A stretch of DNA of 64,000 nucleotides from Tepidisphaera sp. GTDB lineage: Bacteria > Planctomycetota > Phycisphaerae > Phycisphaerales > UBA1924. The position numbers and the translations under genes are program-made. Below are positions 18,466 to 27,686 of the stretch, in pieces; position 1 is the first letter of the stretch, and the number at the start of each line of letters is the position of its first letter. The notes beneath the pieces are model-generated. The model saw only the letters and a list, made by a program, of their open reading frames with translations, made no database searches and was not told where the DNA came from. Location: contig CP051526.1 of NCBI GenBank assembly GCA_050916045.1, positions 2,752,001 to 2,816,000 of the forward strand. The letters are read 5' to 3'.

Positions 18466-20600
18466 TGGCCGAGCCCGCACCTCCCATCTCGAACGGCGTC
18501 CTTCGCGGACACGCTGCGGCCTTCGTCGCGGCGGGTCTCTGCGCGCTGCCCGCCGTCCGCACCGCGGAGAACAAGCGTGTTGCGCTGCCCGCATGGAAGG
18601 ACTATCAGAGCCGGTTGCCGTCGAAGGCCGAACTCACGGTCTGGTTCAAGGCGTCGACGCACGCGGTGTGCCTGGTGTGCGGCGCGGTCTCGGGCAACCT
18701 GGAGATGATCGACTTCGACCTGGGCGGCGAAGCCTTCGCCGTGTGGCGCGACGCCGTCGAGGCGTCGTCGCCCGGGCTGATCGATCGTTTGGTGATCGAG
18801 TCGACACCGTCGGGCGGCCGCCACGTTGTGTACCGCTGCGAGAGCCCCGTCTGCGGCAACACCAAGCTCGCCAGCAAGCGCATCGACACCGATGGCCCGG
18901 GCGATCTTGTGGTGGGCTCCAAGAACGTCACTCCTCGGCAGGACCCCGCCGGCCGCTGGCACGTCGTCGTCACGCTGATCGAGACCCGCGGCGAGGGAGG
19001 CATGTTCCTGTGCGCCCCCTCGGAGGGGTACGCAATCCTCCAGGGCGACCTGTGCTCCCCTCCGGTCATCAGTGCCGACGAGCGCGACGTGCTGCTGGGC
19101 TGCGCGTGGGCGCTGGACGGAACGCCCCGCTCGGTCGTGGATGGTCCGTTTCCCTTGCCCGGCAAGCAGGCTGATTCGCACGATGCCTGCGCTGGCCAGC
19201 GGCCGGGGGATGAATACAACGCGCGGGGCGACGTTCGTGACGTCCTCCGCCGCCACGGGTGGACGCTCGCCCGCGCGGGAAGCAACGAGCACTGGCGACG
19301 GCCCGGCAAGTCGGCGGGCACCAGCGCGACGCTCAAGGACGGCATCTTCTATGTCTTCTCCAGCAACGCCCCGCCGTTCGAGCCGCAGCGCGGCTACGCG
19401 GCCTTCGCGGTGTACGCGATGCTCGAGCACGGCGGCGATTGGTCCAAGGCCGCCAGCGCCCTGCGGGCCGAGGGGTTCGGCAGCGCGCCGCAGACATCCG
19501 GCGTGGACCTTTCGGGGCTGGTGACGCAGCCGGCGGCCCTCCCCGTCGATCCGCTGGAGCCGGCGTTCGTGCTGGCGGTTGATCTGTCAGCCCAGTACCC
19601 GGCGCTCCGTCCGCCTGTGATCAACAAGCTGCTGCGCGAGGGCGAGACGATGAACGTCATCGCCGCGCCCAAGACGGGCAAGAGCTGGCTCACGCTCGAC
19701 CTGGCGCTCTCGGTCGCGGCCGGCCGCCCTTGGCTTGGGCGATACGAGACCGTCGCCGGCGATGTGCTCATCATCGACAACGAGCTGCACCGCGAAACCA
19801 GCGCGTCGCGCATCCCGCAGGTCGCCCGGGCGCGGGGCATGGACTACGCCCGCGTCGGTCGGCACGTGGCGATCGACAACCTGCGCGGGCGGCTGCGGGA
19901 CATCTTCGCCCTGAGGTCGTACTTCGACCGGCTTGAGCCTGGCCGGTTCAGGCTGATCGTGCTGGACGCGTTCTACCGCTTCATGCCCCTTGGCGGTGAC
20001 GAGAACGACAACGCGACGATGGCCAGCGTCTACAACGCGATCGACTCATATGCCGACCGCCTGGGTTGCTGCTTTGTGTTGATCCACCACAGCAGCAAGG
20101 GCAACCAGTCGGGCAAGAGCGTGACGGACGTCGGAGCCGGCGCGGGCAGCCAGAGCCGGGCAACCGACAGCCACCTGGTTCTGCGGCCGCACGAGGAGGA
20201 TGGGTGCGTCGTGCTCGATGCCGCCGTGCGGTCTTGGGCTCCCATCGAGCCCGCGGGCCTGCGGTGGACGTTCCCGGTGTGGGACGTCGATCCGGGTCTC
20301 GATCCGGCGCTGCTCCGCAGCGAGCGACCGGCACGCCGCAAGGACGAGAAGAAGGCCGAGGGCGAGCCATCCCCGGAGTGGGACGCGGAGCGCTTCGCCG
20401 AAGCGTTCGTGTCTGAGAAGCCGCTGTCGAAGTCTGAGATTCACGAGGCCGCCAAGGCGGCTGGCTTGTCCCTGCGACGCACCGACGACCTGCTCGAGGT
20501 CGGTCAGGCGCAGGGTCTGATCCACCGCTGGACGGTCGGTCGGGCGCACCGAGCGCAGTACTCGACCGCGCCGCAGCCCGTCACGGAGGTGCTGTCATGA
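18465..20600 (+). CDS. Primase-polymerase fused to RecA-like (AAA_25) helicase
   Basis: Prim-pol motifs MIDFD, STPSGGRH, IETRG; helicase AAPKTGKS, IVLD, LIHHSSK; TGATG overlap. Confidence 0.85.
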   Translation: MAEPAPPISNGVLRGHAAAFVAAGLCALPAVRTAENKRVALPAWKDYQSRLPSKAELTVWFKASTHAVCLVCGAVSGNLEMIDFDLGGEAFAVWRDAVEASSPGLIDRLVIESTPSGGRHVVYRCESPVCGNTKLASKRIDTDGPGDLVVGSKNVTPRQDPAGRWHVVVTLIETRGEGGMFLCAPSEGYAILQGDLCSPPVISADERDVLLGCAWALDGTPRSVVDGPFPLPGKQADSHDACAGQRPGDEYNARGDVRDVLRRHGWTLARAGSNEHWRRPGKSAGTSATLKDGIFYVFSSNAPPFEPQRGYAAFAVYAMLEHGGDWSKAASALRAEGFGSAPQTSGVDLSGLVTQPAALPVDPLEPAFVLAVDLSAQYPALRPPVINKLLREGETMNVIAAPKTGKSWLTLDLALSVAAGRPWLGRYETVAGDVLIIDNELHRETSASRIPQVARARGMDYARVGRHVAIDNLRGRLRDIFALRSYFDRLEPGRFRLIVLDAFYRFMPLGGDENDNATMASVYNAIDSYADRLGCCFVLIHHSSKGNQSGKSVTDVGAGAGSQSRATDSHLVLRPHEEDGCVVLDAAVRSWAPIEPAGLRWTFPVWDVDPGLDPALLRSERPARRKDEKKAEGEPSPEWDAERFAEAFVSEKPLSKSEIHEAAKAAGLSLRRTDDLLEVGQAQGLIHRWTVGRAHRAQYSTAPQPVTEVLS

Positions 20601-20644
20601 CCCACGACCTCGCCAACCGGACCGCCCGTGGCTCGCGCGCGCAC

Positions 20645-20792
20645 GCGCTTGAGCGCTTCGGCGAAGCGCATGAGCGACGGTTGTATGGCGCTGGCGGTCT
20701 GTCGCTCGTGCGCGCGCGCACCCCCCGTACCCCCCGGGCGGCGGCGCTTGAGCGACGCCGCCCGGTCGCTTGTGCGCGCGCGCGCTTGAGCG
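20645..20792 (+). repeat. Iteron-like 11-bp repeats, candidate phage replication origin
   Basis: GCGCTTGAGCG at 20645, 20744 and 20782; variants at 20666, 20702 and 20766; central CCCCCCGTACCCCCC; directly after the primase-helicase gene. Confidence 0.55.
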
Positions 20793-21019
20793 CTGAAGCG
20801 AAAATGGGGCAACTGAGGGGATGGTCGGGAGTGATTAGGTACTCCCGGGCCGGGATCGAGATCCAACGCCCGCGGGAACAGCCGCGCTACTCGACTGAGT
20901 TTGTTTCGCCCGTCCGGGCGCAGGACGGGCGTCTGGTGGGGTTGGTACGCCCGCCCGCCGGGAACGCGACGTGGGCCAACGTGGGCGGACCCGTGGCCAA
21001 CGGGCGTGGCGGGAGTGCC

Positions 21020-21331
21020 TCACCCCGGCTTTCCGGGCCCCGCAATTCGATGTTCCGCGAGCGCCTGCCTAAGGCTTGCGACCTCTTCCCGAAGAGCCGC
21101 GATTTCAGCGTGGATTTCGGTAAGCGGCACAACAACGAGTTCACGGAGCGCCCGGCGCGTGTTGAGCCGGTTGGCGATGATGTCCTGAAATCGAAGGCGG
21201 CCTTCGTAATTCCAATCCGAGAGTTCCCGCCCCGAGCGAGTGAACTCCTGCGTCACACCATCGGCGTCGGTTCGCATGCCATCCCGCTTCATGATGCGCG
21301 GAGCAGGCTTCCGCATCGGACAGGCAGCCAT
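21020..21331 (-). CDS. Small hypothetical coiled-coil protein on the opposite strand (start uncertain)
   Basis: Protein-like C-terminal heptad pattern (LTEIHAEIAALREEVASLRQAL) filling the gap between the candidate origin and the MTase gene. Confidence 0.45.
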   Translation of the reverse strand: MAACPMRKPAPRIMKRDGMRTDADGVTQEFTRSGRELSDWNYEGRLRFQDIIANRLNTRRALRELVVVPLTEIHAEIAALREEVASLRQALAEHRIAGPGKPG

Positions 21332-21510
21332 GACTGTGCCATCGTGAAGCGAGGACGCCGAGTAGTGGAGTGCGCGCTTTCGTGGTCGTCGCATACATCG
21401 TCTCCCAGTGATCGCGGAGTTTGTGTGGGCACGTCAGGCCCACAGCCGTCCGCACGCCCGAATTGAACGCGACAGCGGACGTCGCGTGTAGCACCAACAT
21501 GGAGGTACTC

Positions 21511-22884
21511 ATGAAGATCGAGATGTGGCCGCTGGCCAATGTGAAGCCGTACGAGAAGAACCCCCGCAAGAACGAGGGCGCGATCGACGCGGTCGCCAAG
21601 AGCATCGCGGAGTTCGGGTTCCGCGTCCCGATCGTCGTCGATGGCGACGGCGTGGTGATCGCCGGGCATACGCGGCTCAAGGCCGCCGAGAAGCTCGGGC
21701 TTGCCGAGGTGCCCGTCCATATCGCGCGCGAACTCACTGCCGATCAGGTGCGGGCGCTGCGGATTGCCGACAACAAGCTGCACGAGCTCTCGTCTTGGGA
21801 CATGGAACTCCTGCCGCTGGAACTGGCAGACCTGCAGTCGGTCGAGTTCGACATGGCCTTGCTCGGCTTCAGCGCCGAGGACCTCAGCGCGATCATGGCT
21901 CCCGCGGGCAACGAGGGGCTGACCGATCCGGACGATGTGCCGGCCCCGCCGGACGCAGCGACGACCGTTCCCGGCGACATCTGGGTGCTCGGCAACCACC
22001 GCCTGATGTGCGGTGACTCGTCAAAGGCTGAGGATCTGGATCGGTTGCTTGATGGCCGGCCAATCCACCTCGTCAATACCGATCCGCCGTACAACGTGAA
22101 AGTCGAGCCGCGATCGAACAACGCGATCGTGGCGGGGCTGAGTTCATTTGCGCTTGGGAAGAAGGCCAACGCCGACGAGCACGACCAGCAGAGCGCCGAC
22201 CTCAATCGCCATCCCGAGAAGAGCCGAGCCACACACAAGAAGCTCCGTGCCAAGGACCGGCCGCTGGCCAACGACTTCGTGTCCGACGATGAGTTCGACC
22301 GTCTGCTCGCGGCATGGTTTGGGAACATCACCCGCGTGCTGATCCCCGGCGGCACGTTCTACATCTGGGGCGGGTACGCCAACTGCGGCAACTACCCGCC
22401 GGTGCTGAAGCGCTGCGAGCTCTACTTCGCGCAGGCGATCATCTGGATCAAGGAGCACCCGGTCCTGACCCGCAAGGACTTCATGGGCAATCACGAGTGG
22501 TGCTTCTACGGCTGGAGAGAAGGCGCGGCCCATCGCTTCTTTGGCCCTGCCAACGTGCCGGACACCTGGTCGATCAAGAAGGTCAACCCGCAGAGCATGG
22601 TTCACCTCACCGAGAAGCCCGTCGAGCTGGCGAGGCGGGCCATCGAGTTCTCATCGCGTCCCGGCGAAAACGTGCTCGACCTCTTCGGCGGCAGCGGCTC
22701 CACGCTCATCGGCGCGGAGATGACCGGGCGGCACGCGTTCCTCATGGAGCTCGATGCGCTCTACTGCGATGTCATCGTCCAGCGCTGGGAGAAGTTCACG
22801 GGCCGCAAGGCGGAGCGACTCCCGGCAAAGGGTGTGGCCGAAGAGAAAGCCGCGACGCGTGTCGCGGCTGGGAGCAAAGCGTGA
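21511..22884 (+). CDS. ParB-like N-terminal domain fused to amino-DNA methyltransferase (N4/N6)
   Basis: SIAEFGF..PI, IAGHTRLKAA, ADNK; MTase TDPPYN, HLTEKP, DLFGGSGST; GGAGG RBS. Confidence 0.9.
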   Translation: MKIEMWPLANVKPYEKNPRKNEGAIDAVAKSIAEFGFRVPIVVDGDGVVIAGHTRLKAAEKLGLAEVPVHIARELTADQVRALRIADNKLHELSSWDMELLPLELADLQSVEFDMALLGFSAEDLSAIMAPAGNEGLTDPDDVPAPPDAATTVPGDIWVLGNHRLMCGDSSKAEDLDRLLDGRPIHLVNTDPPYNVKVEPRSNNAIVAGLSSFALGKKANADEHDQQSADLNRHPEKSRATHKKLRAKDRPLANDFVSDDEFDRLLAAWFGNITRVLIPGGTFYIWGGYANCGNYPPVLKRCELYFAQAIIWIKEHPVLTRKDFMGNHEWCFYGWREGAAHRFFGPANVPDTWSIKKVNPQSMVHLTEKPVELARRAIEFSSRPGENVLDLFGGSGSTLIGAEMTGRHAFLMELDALYCDVIVQRWEKFTGRKAERLPAKGVAEEKAATRVAAGSKA

Positions 22885-22892
22885 TGTACGCC

Positions 22893-23162
22893 TCAGTCCT
22901 CGTCGACAGTGGGCAGGGCCCCGTCGGTCGCTTCGTCCCAATCAAGGGCGTAGCGCTCAGCGATGTCCTCGAGGTCGTGCTCGGTCAAGTAGTCGGCCGT
23001 CTTGCGCTCTTGGCAGGACGCGACGGTGCGGGCGAGATCGGTCCACTCCTCGATCGTGACCATCCGGTCCTGCCTCGCGCCAAGCAGGTAGAGCGCTGCC
23101 TGAAGCACGGCCTCGAGTTGCGCATGGGTCGGCGCGGGCTGCGGGGCGGGGGTGGCGCTCAT
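22893..23162 (-). CDS. Small acidic hypothetical protein
   Basis: 89 aa ORF, last of a co-oriented minus-strand cluster; acidic C-terminus. Confidence 0.65.
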   Translation of the reverse strand: MSATPAPQPAPTHAQLEAVLQAALYLLGARQDRMVTIEEWTDLARTVASCQERKTADYLTEHDLEDIAERYALDWDEATDGALPTVDED

Positions 23163-23165
23163 GGC

Positions 23166-23690
23166 TCAGGCTCCCTTCCCCGCGACAAAGACGCCGCGCT
23201 CGTGCTTCTTGAAGCGAGCGGCGGTGCCCTTGGCGGCGATCTCGCGGATGATGGCGGCGTAGAGCGTGGCCTCGGGCGTCTTCCCGCCGGGGCTCGTCCA
23301 GAGCTTCTTGGCCTCCATCGCGGTGATCATCTCCTTGGCTCGCATCGGGACATCGCTCGCGGCGAGCACCTGCGCGGCGGCGTCGAGGGCGCTGACGCGC
23401 TTGGCCTTCGGTTCCTTCGCGGGCTTCGGTGCCTTCTGCGTCTTGGGGGCTCTGGTCTTCTTGCCCTTGGCGGACGCCTCGACGGTCGCGTTGTTGGCGA
23501 CCTCCTTGGCGGTTGGGACTTCGTGGTCCTGCTTTCCGCCCGCCAACCGGTCGTTGATCTCGGCGAGCGCCGCCTTGCGGAGGCGGTCTGTCTTGGCGGC
23601 TCCCTCCGCGCGGGCGGCGCTCTTGGACATCTTCGGGGTACGGGGGGTGCGGGGCTTGGCGGGCTTCTTCGTCTTCGTACTCATGGTCAT
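23166..23690 (-). CDS. HARE-HTH (winged-helix) protein with Lys/Ala/Pro-rich N-terminus
   Basis: [10 protein letters not shown]...[21 protein letters not shown]...RF pattern; GGAG RBS. Confidence 0.78.
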   Translation of the reverse strand: MTMSTKTKKPAKPRTPRTPKMSKSAARAEGAAKTDRLRKAALAEINDRLAGGKQDHEVPTAKEVANNATVEASAKGKKTRAPKTQKAPKPAKEPKAKRVSALDAAAQVLAASDVPMRAKEMITAMEAKKLWTSPGGKTPEATLYAAIIREIAAKGTAARFKKHERGVFVAGKGA

Positions 23691-23777
23691 CTCCGAACTG
23701 GGGGTTGGAACCCCCGCCGCACATTGCGGCGGGGAAGCGTGGCCGTCGCGGTTCCCCGCGACGCCGCGTGGGGTCTG

Positions 23778-24062
23778 TCAGCAGCCCGCGACGCGCTCCA
23801 TCTCGTTGAGCACGTCATGAACCATCGAGTTGGTGGCGGCGGCTTGGCCCCGGCGATCGGTGCCGTAGACCACCTTGGCGACCTCCGTCGCCTTCGCGTA
23901 GCGGCTCTCCCGGTTCTCGTCGCGGGCGATGTGCGCGATGCAGATGTCTTGCTTGCCCGCTCGGCGGGTGTGCTGCTCGATGGTCACTTCCGCGCCGCGC
24001 TCGGTGCGGCGGATGCTGATGTCTTGGTCGATGCCCTCGATCACGATCGTCTTGATGGTCAT
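23778..24062 (-). CDS. Small hypothetical protein
   Basis: 94 aa; AAGGAG RBS. Confidence 0.7.
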   Translation of the reverse strand: MTIKTIVIEGIDQDISIRRTERGAEVTIEQHTRRAGKQDICIAHIARDENRESRYAKATEVAKVVYGTDRRGQAAATNSMVHDVLNEMERVAGC

Positions 24063-24092
24063 GGCGTTGCTCCTTGCGGTTGGTGGTTCTGG

Positions 24093-24356
24093 TCACTCGG
24101 CGTCGTTCAGAAAGGCCTCGACGTGCTCGGGGTCCATGTTGCTGAGGAACCCGACCAGATCGATCAGGTCGCTGCGCACCTTCCCGAGGCTTCCCGCGAA
24201 GCCCCAGTTGCGTGGGTCGGCCTTGGCTCCCTCGGCGTGCTTGTCGAGTTCCATCTGCAGCACGTCCATCAGGCGGGCGATGTCGTTGCGGCGTGCGGCG
24301 TAGGTCTCGGCAGCGGTGGGTTCGGGCTTGGATGTCTTGGGTGTGCGCTTCGTCAT
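24093..24356 (-). CDS. Small hypothetical protein
   Basis: 87 aa; AAGGAG RBS; NWGFAGSLGKVR motif. Confidence 0.72.
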   Translation of the reverse strand: MTKRTPKTSKPEPTAAETYAARRNDIARLMDVLQMELDKHAEGAKADPRNWGFAGSLGKVRSDLIDLVGFLSNMDPEHVEAFLNDAE

Positions 24357-24395
24357 GGTCGTGCTCCTTTGGGTTGGTGGTCTCTGGTAAACAGC

Positions 24396-24418
24396 GAAGC
24401 CCGCATTACGCGGGCTTC
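24396..24418 (-). terminator. Stem-loop between small genes (possible terminator or processing site)
   Basis: GAAGCCCGC-ATTAC-GCGGGCTTC, perfect 9-bp stem; only a weak T-tract follows. Confidence 0.4.
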
Positions 24419-24767
24419 AGGTCGTCGGGTGGTTGTCGTTCTTGCGGTCCCAACTCGTCGCGTCTTTCGGCTGGCCAACCGCCCGGAGGTAGTCGACCAA
24501 CTCATCGGCGGCCCAGGTGTCGCCGTCGATCGCGTCGTGCTCGTTGGGTGCGTCGGTATCGCGGTCGATCTCGAAGAGGCGGAAGCCGCCCAGCGCTCCG
24601 GGGCGCGGTCCCCAGTGCCCGTCGAGGTGGCGGCCGCGTCCGGCGGGGACCGTCGCGATGTTCCAGGTGCGTCCGTCGGGCGTGTGGATCTCGATCGCGG
24701 GGATATGGAACCCGCTCTTGGCGAGGGTCTTGGCGAGGTCGATCGTGGTCTTCGTGGTCGCGTTCAT
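24417..24767 (-). CDS. Small hypothetical protein
   Basis: ATG 24767 after GGAG; first gene of the minus-strand cluster. Confidence 0.65.
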   Translation of the reverse strand: MNATTKTTIDLAKTLAKSGFHIPAIEIHTPDGRTWNIATVPAGRGRHLDGHWGPRPGALGGFRLFEIDRDTDAPNEHDAIDGDTWAADELVDYLRAVGQPKDATSWDRKNDNHPTT

Positions 24768-24885
24768 GGTCGTGGTCTCCGTCGCGTGCGGGGGGTGCGT
24801 TGTTCCCGCTCGCGTTGGACACACATTGGCCGGCTGACGGGGAACAGGCAAGGCGTTCGGCCTGCATTTCTCGATGATTCCGTGA

Positions 24886-24917
24886 CATGTGGGCAACTCT
24901 TCCGCCCATGTGGGCAA
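24886..24917 (+). repeat. Direct repeat CATGTGGGCAA x2, 21-bp period, upstream of the terminase genes
   Basis: Exact copies at 24886-24896 and 24907-24917. Confidence 0.6.
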
Positions 24918-24937
24918 GTCCACGCGGGAGGTCCGCG

Positions 24938-25186
24938 ATGACTCCCGAACACGCGCCTAGTTCCGGGCCAGCGGCGGGGGGACAGGGAATGTCCCGGCTC
25001 AACCCGGCGGCGCTGCCCGTGGCGGACGCCGCCCGCGTGCTCACGCGGCTGGGCGGCAAGCCCGTGACGGACGCCATGCTCCGCGCCGACATCGATGCCG
25101 GCGCGCCCGTCAACGCAGATGGTTCGCTCAACCTCGTGCACTACGCGGCATGGCTTGTAAAGGAGATGTCCGCAGGTGGCGATTGA
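24938..25186 (+). CDS. Small HTH protein, candidate terminase small subunit DNA-binding domain
   Basis: GGAGG RBS; overlaps the large terminase start; similar to the N-terminus of the large terminase. Confidence 0.65.
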   Translation: MTPEHAPSSGPAAGGQGMSRLNPAALPVADAARVLTRLGGKPVTDAMLRADIDAGAPVNADGSLNLVHYAAWLVKEMSAGGD

Positions 25187-27467
25187 CCCGCGCAAACTCA
25201 AGCCCGGCGAACTCGCGCGGTTGCTCAACAGCACGCCGCTGGGCGAGGTGATCAGCGAGCGTCAGCTCCATCGACATCGCACGCGCGCGGGCTTCCGCGT
25301 TGCGGCTGACGGCGACGCAGGCAAAGTCGATCTGTTCAGGTACGTCGCGTGGCTGGTGACGACGCGGCACGAAGCGATCTCGGAAGCCGCGCGTTCCCCC
25401 GAGGGTCTCACGGGCTACGACGCGATGAAGGAGCGTGCCCGGCTTCGCAACGCGATGCTCTCGCTCTCGGGCCGTGACATCGGTGACCTGCCACCGGTCG
25501 CTGATGCTGCCCGTAAGGAAAAGGCCGCGAGCGACTTCCGGTACTTCTGCGAGGCGTACTTTCCGCAGACGTTCCATCTCAAGTGGTCGGACGATCACCT
25601 CAAGGTGATCGGCAAGATCGAGCAGGCGGTGCTCGAGGGCGGGCTGTTTGCGATGGCGATGCCGCGCGGCTCGGGCAAGACCTCGCTCTGTGAGACCGCT
25701 TGCCTGTGGGCGCTGGTGTACGGTCACCGAGACTTCGTGGCGCTGATTGGCTCGGATGAAGAACACGCCGCGGGGATGCTGGAGAGCATCAAGGCGGAGC
25801 TGGAGAACAGCGAGATCCTGGCGGGTGACTTTCCGGAAGTGTGCCATCCGATCCGTTCGCTCGAAGGCATCCACCAGCGGGCGTCGGGGCAGCTCTTCCA
25901 GGGCAAGCAGACGCACATCGGCTGGACCGCCAAGGAGATCGTGTTGCCGACGATCACCGGCTCGGTCGCGTCCGGGGCGATCATCCGCGTGGCCGGGATC
26001 ACCGGTCGCATCCGCGGTATGAAGCACAAGCGGGCGGACGGCACGTCGGCGCGTCCGTCGCTAGTGCTCATCGATGACCCGCAGACCGACGAGAGCGCTC
26101 GTTCGCCGTCGCAGTGCGCCAACCGCGAGCGCATCCTCGCGGGCGCGATTCTCGGCCTTGCCGGACCCGGGAAGAAGATCGCCGGGCTAATGACGCTGAC
26201 GGTGGTGCGTCCCGACGATCTGGCGGACCGCATCCTCGACCGGGTCAAGCACCCGCAATGGCAGGGCGAACGCACAAAGATGGTCTATGCCTTCCCGGCA
26301 CGCGACGCTCTGTGGCAGCGGTACGCCGAGATCCGTGCCGACGGGCTCAGGAATGACCGGGGCATCGTCGATGCGACGGCGTTCTACAAGCAGCACCGCA
26401 CGGCGATGGACGAGGGTGCGGTGATCGCATGGCCCGAGAGGTTCAACCACGACGAGTTGTCGGCGATCCAGCACGCGATGAACCTCAAGCTGCAGGACGA
26501 GTCGGCGTTCTTCGCCGAGTACCAGAACGAACCGTTGCCGGAGGTCCAAGCACTCGACGACCTGCTGAGCGCCGATCAGATCGCGGCCAAGCTCAACGGT
26601 CAGGCCCGTGCCGAAGTACCGATCGGCTGCACCCGCCTGACCATGTTCGTGGACGTGCAGGGCAAGGCTCTGTTCTACCTCGTCGCGGCATGGGAGGACG
26701 ACTTCACCGGGTACATCATCGACTACGGCACCGAACCTGACCAGAAGATGGCGGGTGGCTACTTCACGCTCCGAGACATGCGCCGGACGCTCGCGACCGC
26801 CGCGCCACGCGCCGGCGTTGAAGGTGCCATTTACGCGGGTCTGGAGCGGCTGGCGGAGACGCATCTCGCGCGCGAGTGGCGGCGGGACGACGGCGCGATG
26901 GTGCGGATCGACCGCTGCCTGATTGATGCCAACTGGGGTTCGTCGACGGACGTGGTCTACCAGTTCTGTCGGCAGAGCCCGCACGCCGGGGTGCTGATGC
27001 CCAGCCACGGGCGGTATGTCGGCGCATCGAGCCTGCCCTTTGGCGACTACAAGCGCAAGCGGGGCGAGCGAGTCGGGCTCAACTGGCGTGTGCCCGTGGT
27101 GACCGGGAAGCGCAGCGTGCGGCACATCGTGTTCGATACGAACTACTGGAAGTCGTTCGTGCACGCTCGTCTGGCCGTCCCGATGGGCGATCCCGGTTGC
27201 CTCTCGCTCTTTGGCACCAAGGCCGATCCGCACCGCCTGCTGGCCGAGCACTTGACCAGCGAGTACCGCGTGAAGACCGAGGGTCGAGGCCGCACGGTTG
27301 ACGAATGGAAGCTCCGCGTCGAGGGGCTCGACAACCACTGGCTGGACTGCTTGGTCGGGGCTGGGGTCGCAGCGTCGCTGCAGGGCGCGGTGCTGTTCGG
27401 CACGGACTCTCGCGTCGTCACGCGGCCACGAATGCGACTGTCCGCCCTGAAGGGAGATCGCCGCTGA
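25176..27467 (+). CDS. Terminase large subunit (lambda gpA-like nuclease domain) with N-terminal HTH extension
   Basis: Walker A MPRGSGKT, Walker B LIDDPQ, nuclease FVDVQ, LIDANW, DNHWLDC; position upstream of portal. Confidence 0.88.
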   Translation: MAIDPRKLKPGELARLLNSTPLGEVISERQLHRHRTRAGFRVAADGDAGKVDLFRYVAWLVTTRHEAISEAARSPEGLTGYDAMKERARLRNAMLSLSGRDIGDLPPVADAARKEKAASDFRYFCEAYFPQTFHLKWSDDHLKVIGKIEQAVLEGGLFAMAMPRGSGKTSLCETACLWALVYGHRDFVALIGSDEEHAAGMLESIKAELENSEILAGDFPEVCHPIRSLEGIHQRASGQLFQGKQTHIGWTAKEIVLPTITGSVASGAIIRVAGITGRIRGMKHKRADGTSARPSLVLIDDPQTDESARSPSQCANRERILAGAILGLAGPGKKIAGLMTLTVVRPDDLADRILDRVKHPQWQGERTKMVYAFPARDALWQRYAEIRADGLRNDRGIVDATAFYKQHRTAMDEGAVIAWPERFNHDELSAIQHAMNLKLQDESAFFAEYQNEPLPEVQALDDLLSADQIAAKLNGQARAEVPIGCTRLTMFVDVQGKALFYLVAAWEDDFTGYIIDYGTEPDQKMAGGYFTLRDMRRTLATAAPRAGVEGAIYAGLERLAETHLAREWRRDDGAMVRIDRCLIDANWGSSTDVVYQFCRQSPHAGVLMPSHGRYVGASSLPFGDYKRKRGERVGLNWRVPVVTGKRSVRHIVFDTNYWKSFVHARLAVPMGDPGCLSLFGTKADPHRLLAEHLTSEYRVKTEGRGRTVDEWKLRVEGLDNHWLDCLVGAGVAASLQGAVLFGTDSRVVTRPRMRLSALKGDRR

Positions 27468-27652
27468 TGCCCAAGGTCAGCAAGAACCCACCGATGGACG
27501 GTGACCGAAAGCTCGGGCTGGTTTGCCGCGCCTGCGGCTGTCAGCACTTCACGGTGGTCTATCTCCGCCGGCCCGCCCCCGGCGTGATTGTGCGGCGGCG
27601 TGAGTGCCGCAACTGCGGCCGGCGCATGACCACCCGAGAGGCCGAGCGGTAG
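27467..27652 (+). CDS. Small Zn-ribbon protein (Ogr/Delta- or NrdR-N-like)
   Basis: CRACG...RRRECRNCGRRMTTRE; TGATG overlap. Confidence 0.7.
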   Translation: MPKVSKNPPMDGDRKLGLVCRACGCQHFTVVYLRRPAPGVIVRRRECRNCGRRMTTREAER

Positions 27653-27686
27653 CAAGGGTCGATCTATCGAATCAATGCGCGCACGA

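Noticed and set aside
20597..21466. 289-aa plus-strand ORF after the primase
   Set aside because: Arg-rich with no motifs; it runs through the iteron cluster and across an opposite-strand ORF. At most the 5' part could be real.
21468..21495. Fourth copy of the phage promoter motif before the ParB-MTase gene
   Set aside because: Only CGCGACA matches; the downstream box is degenerate and off by one base.
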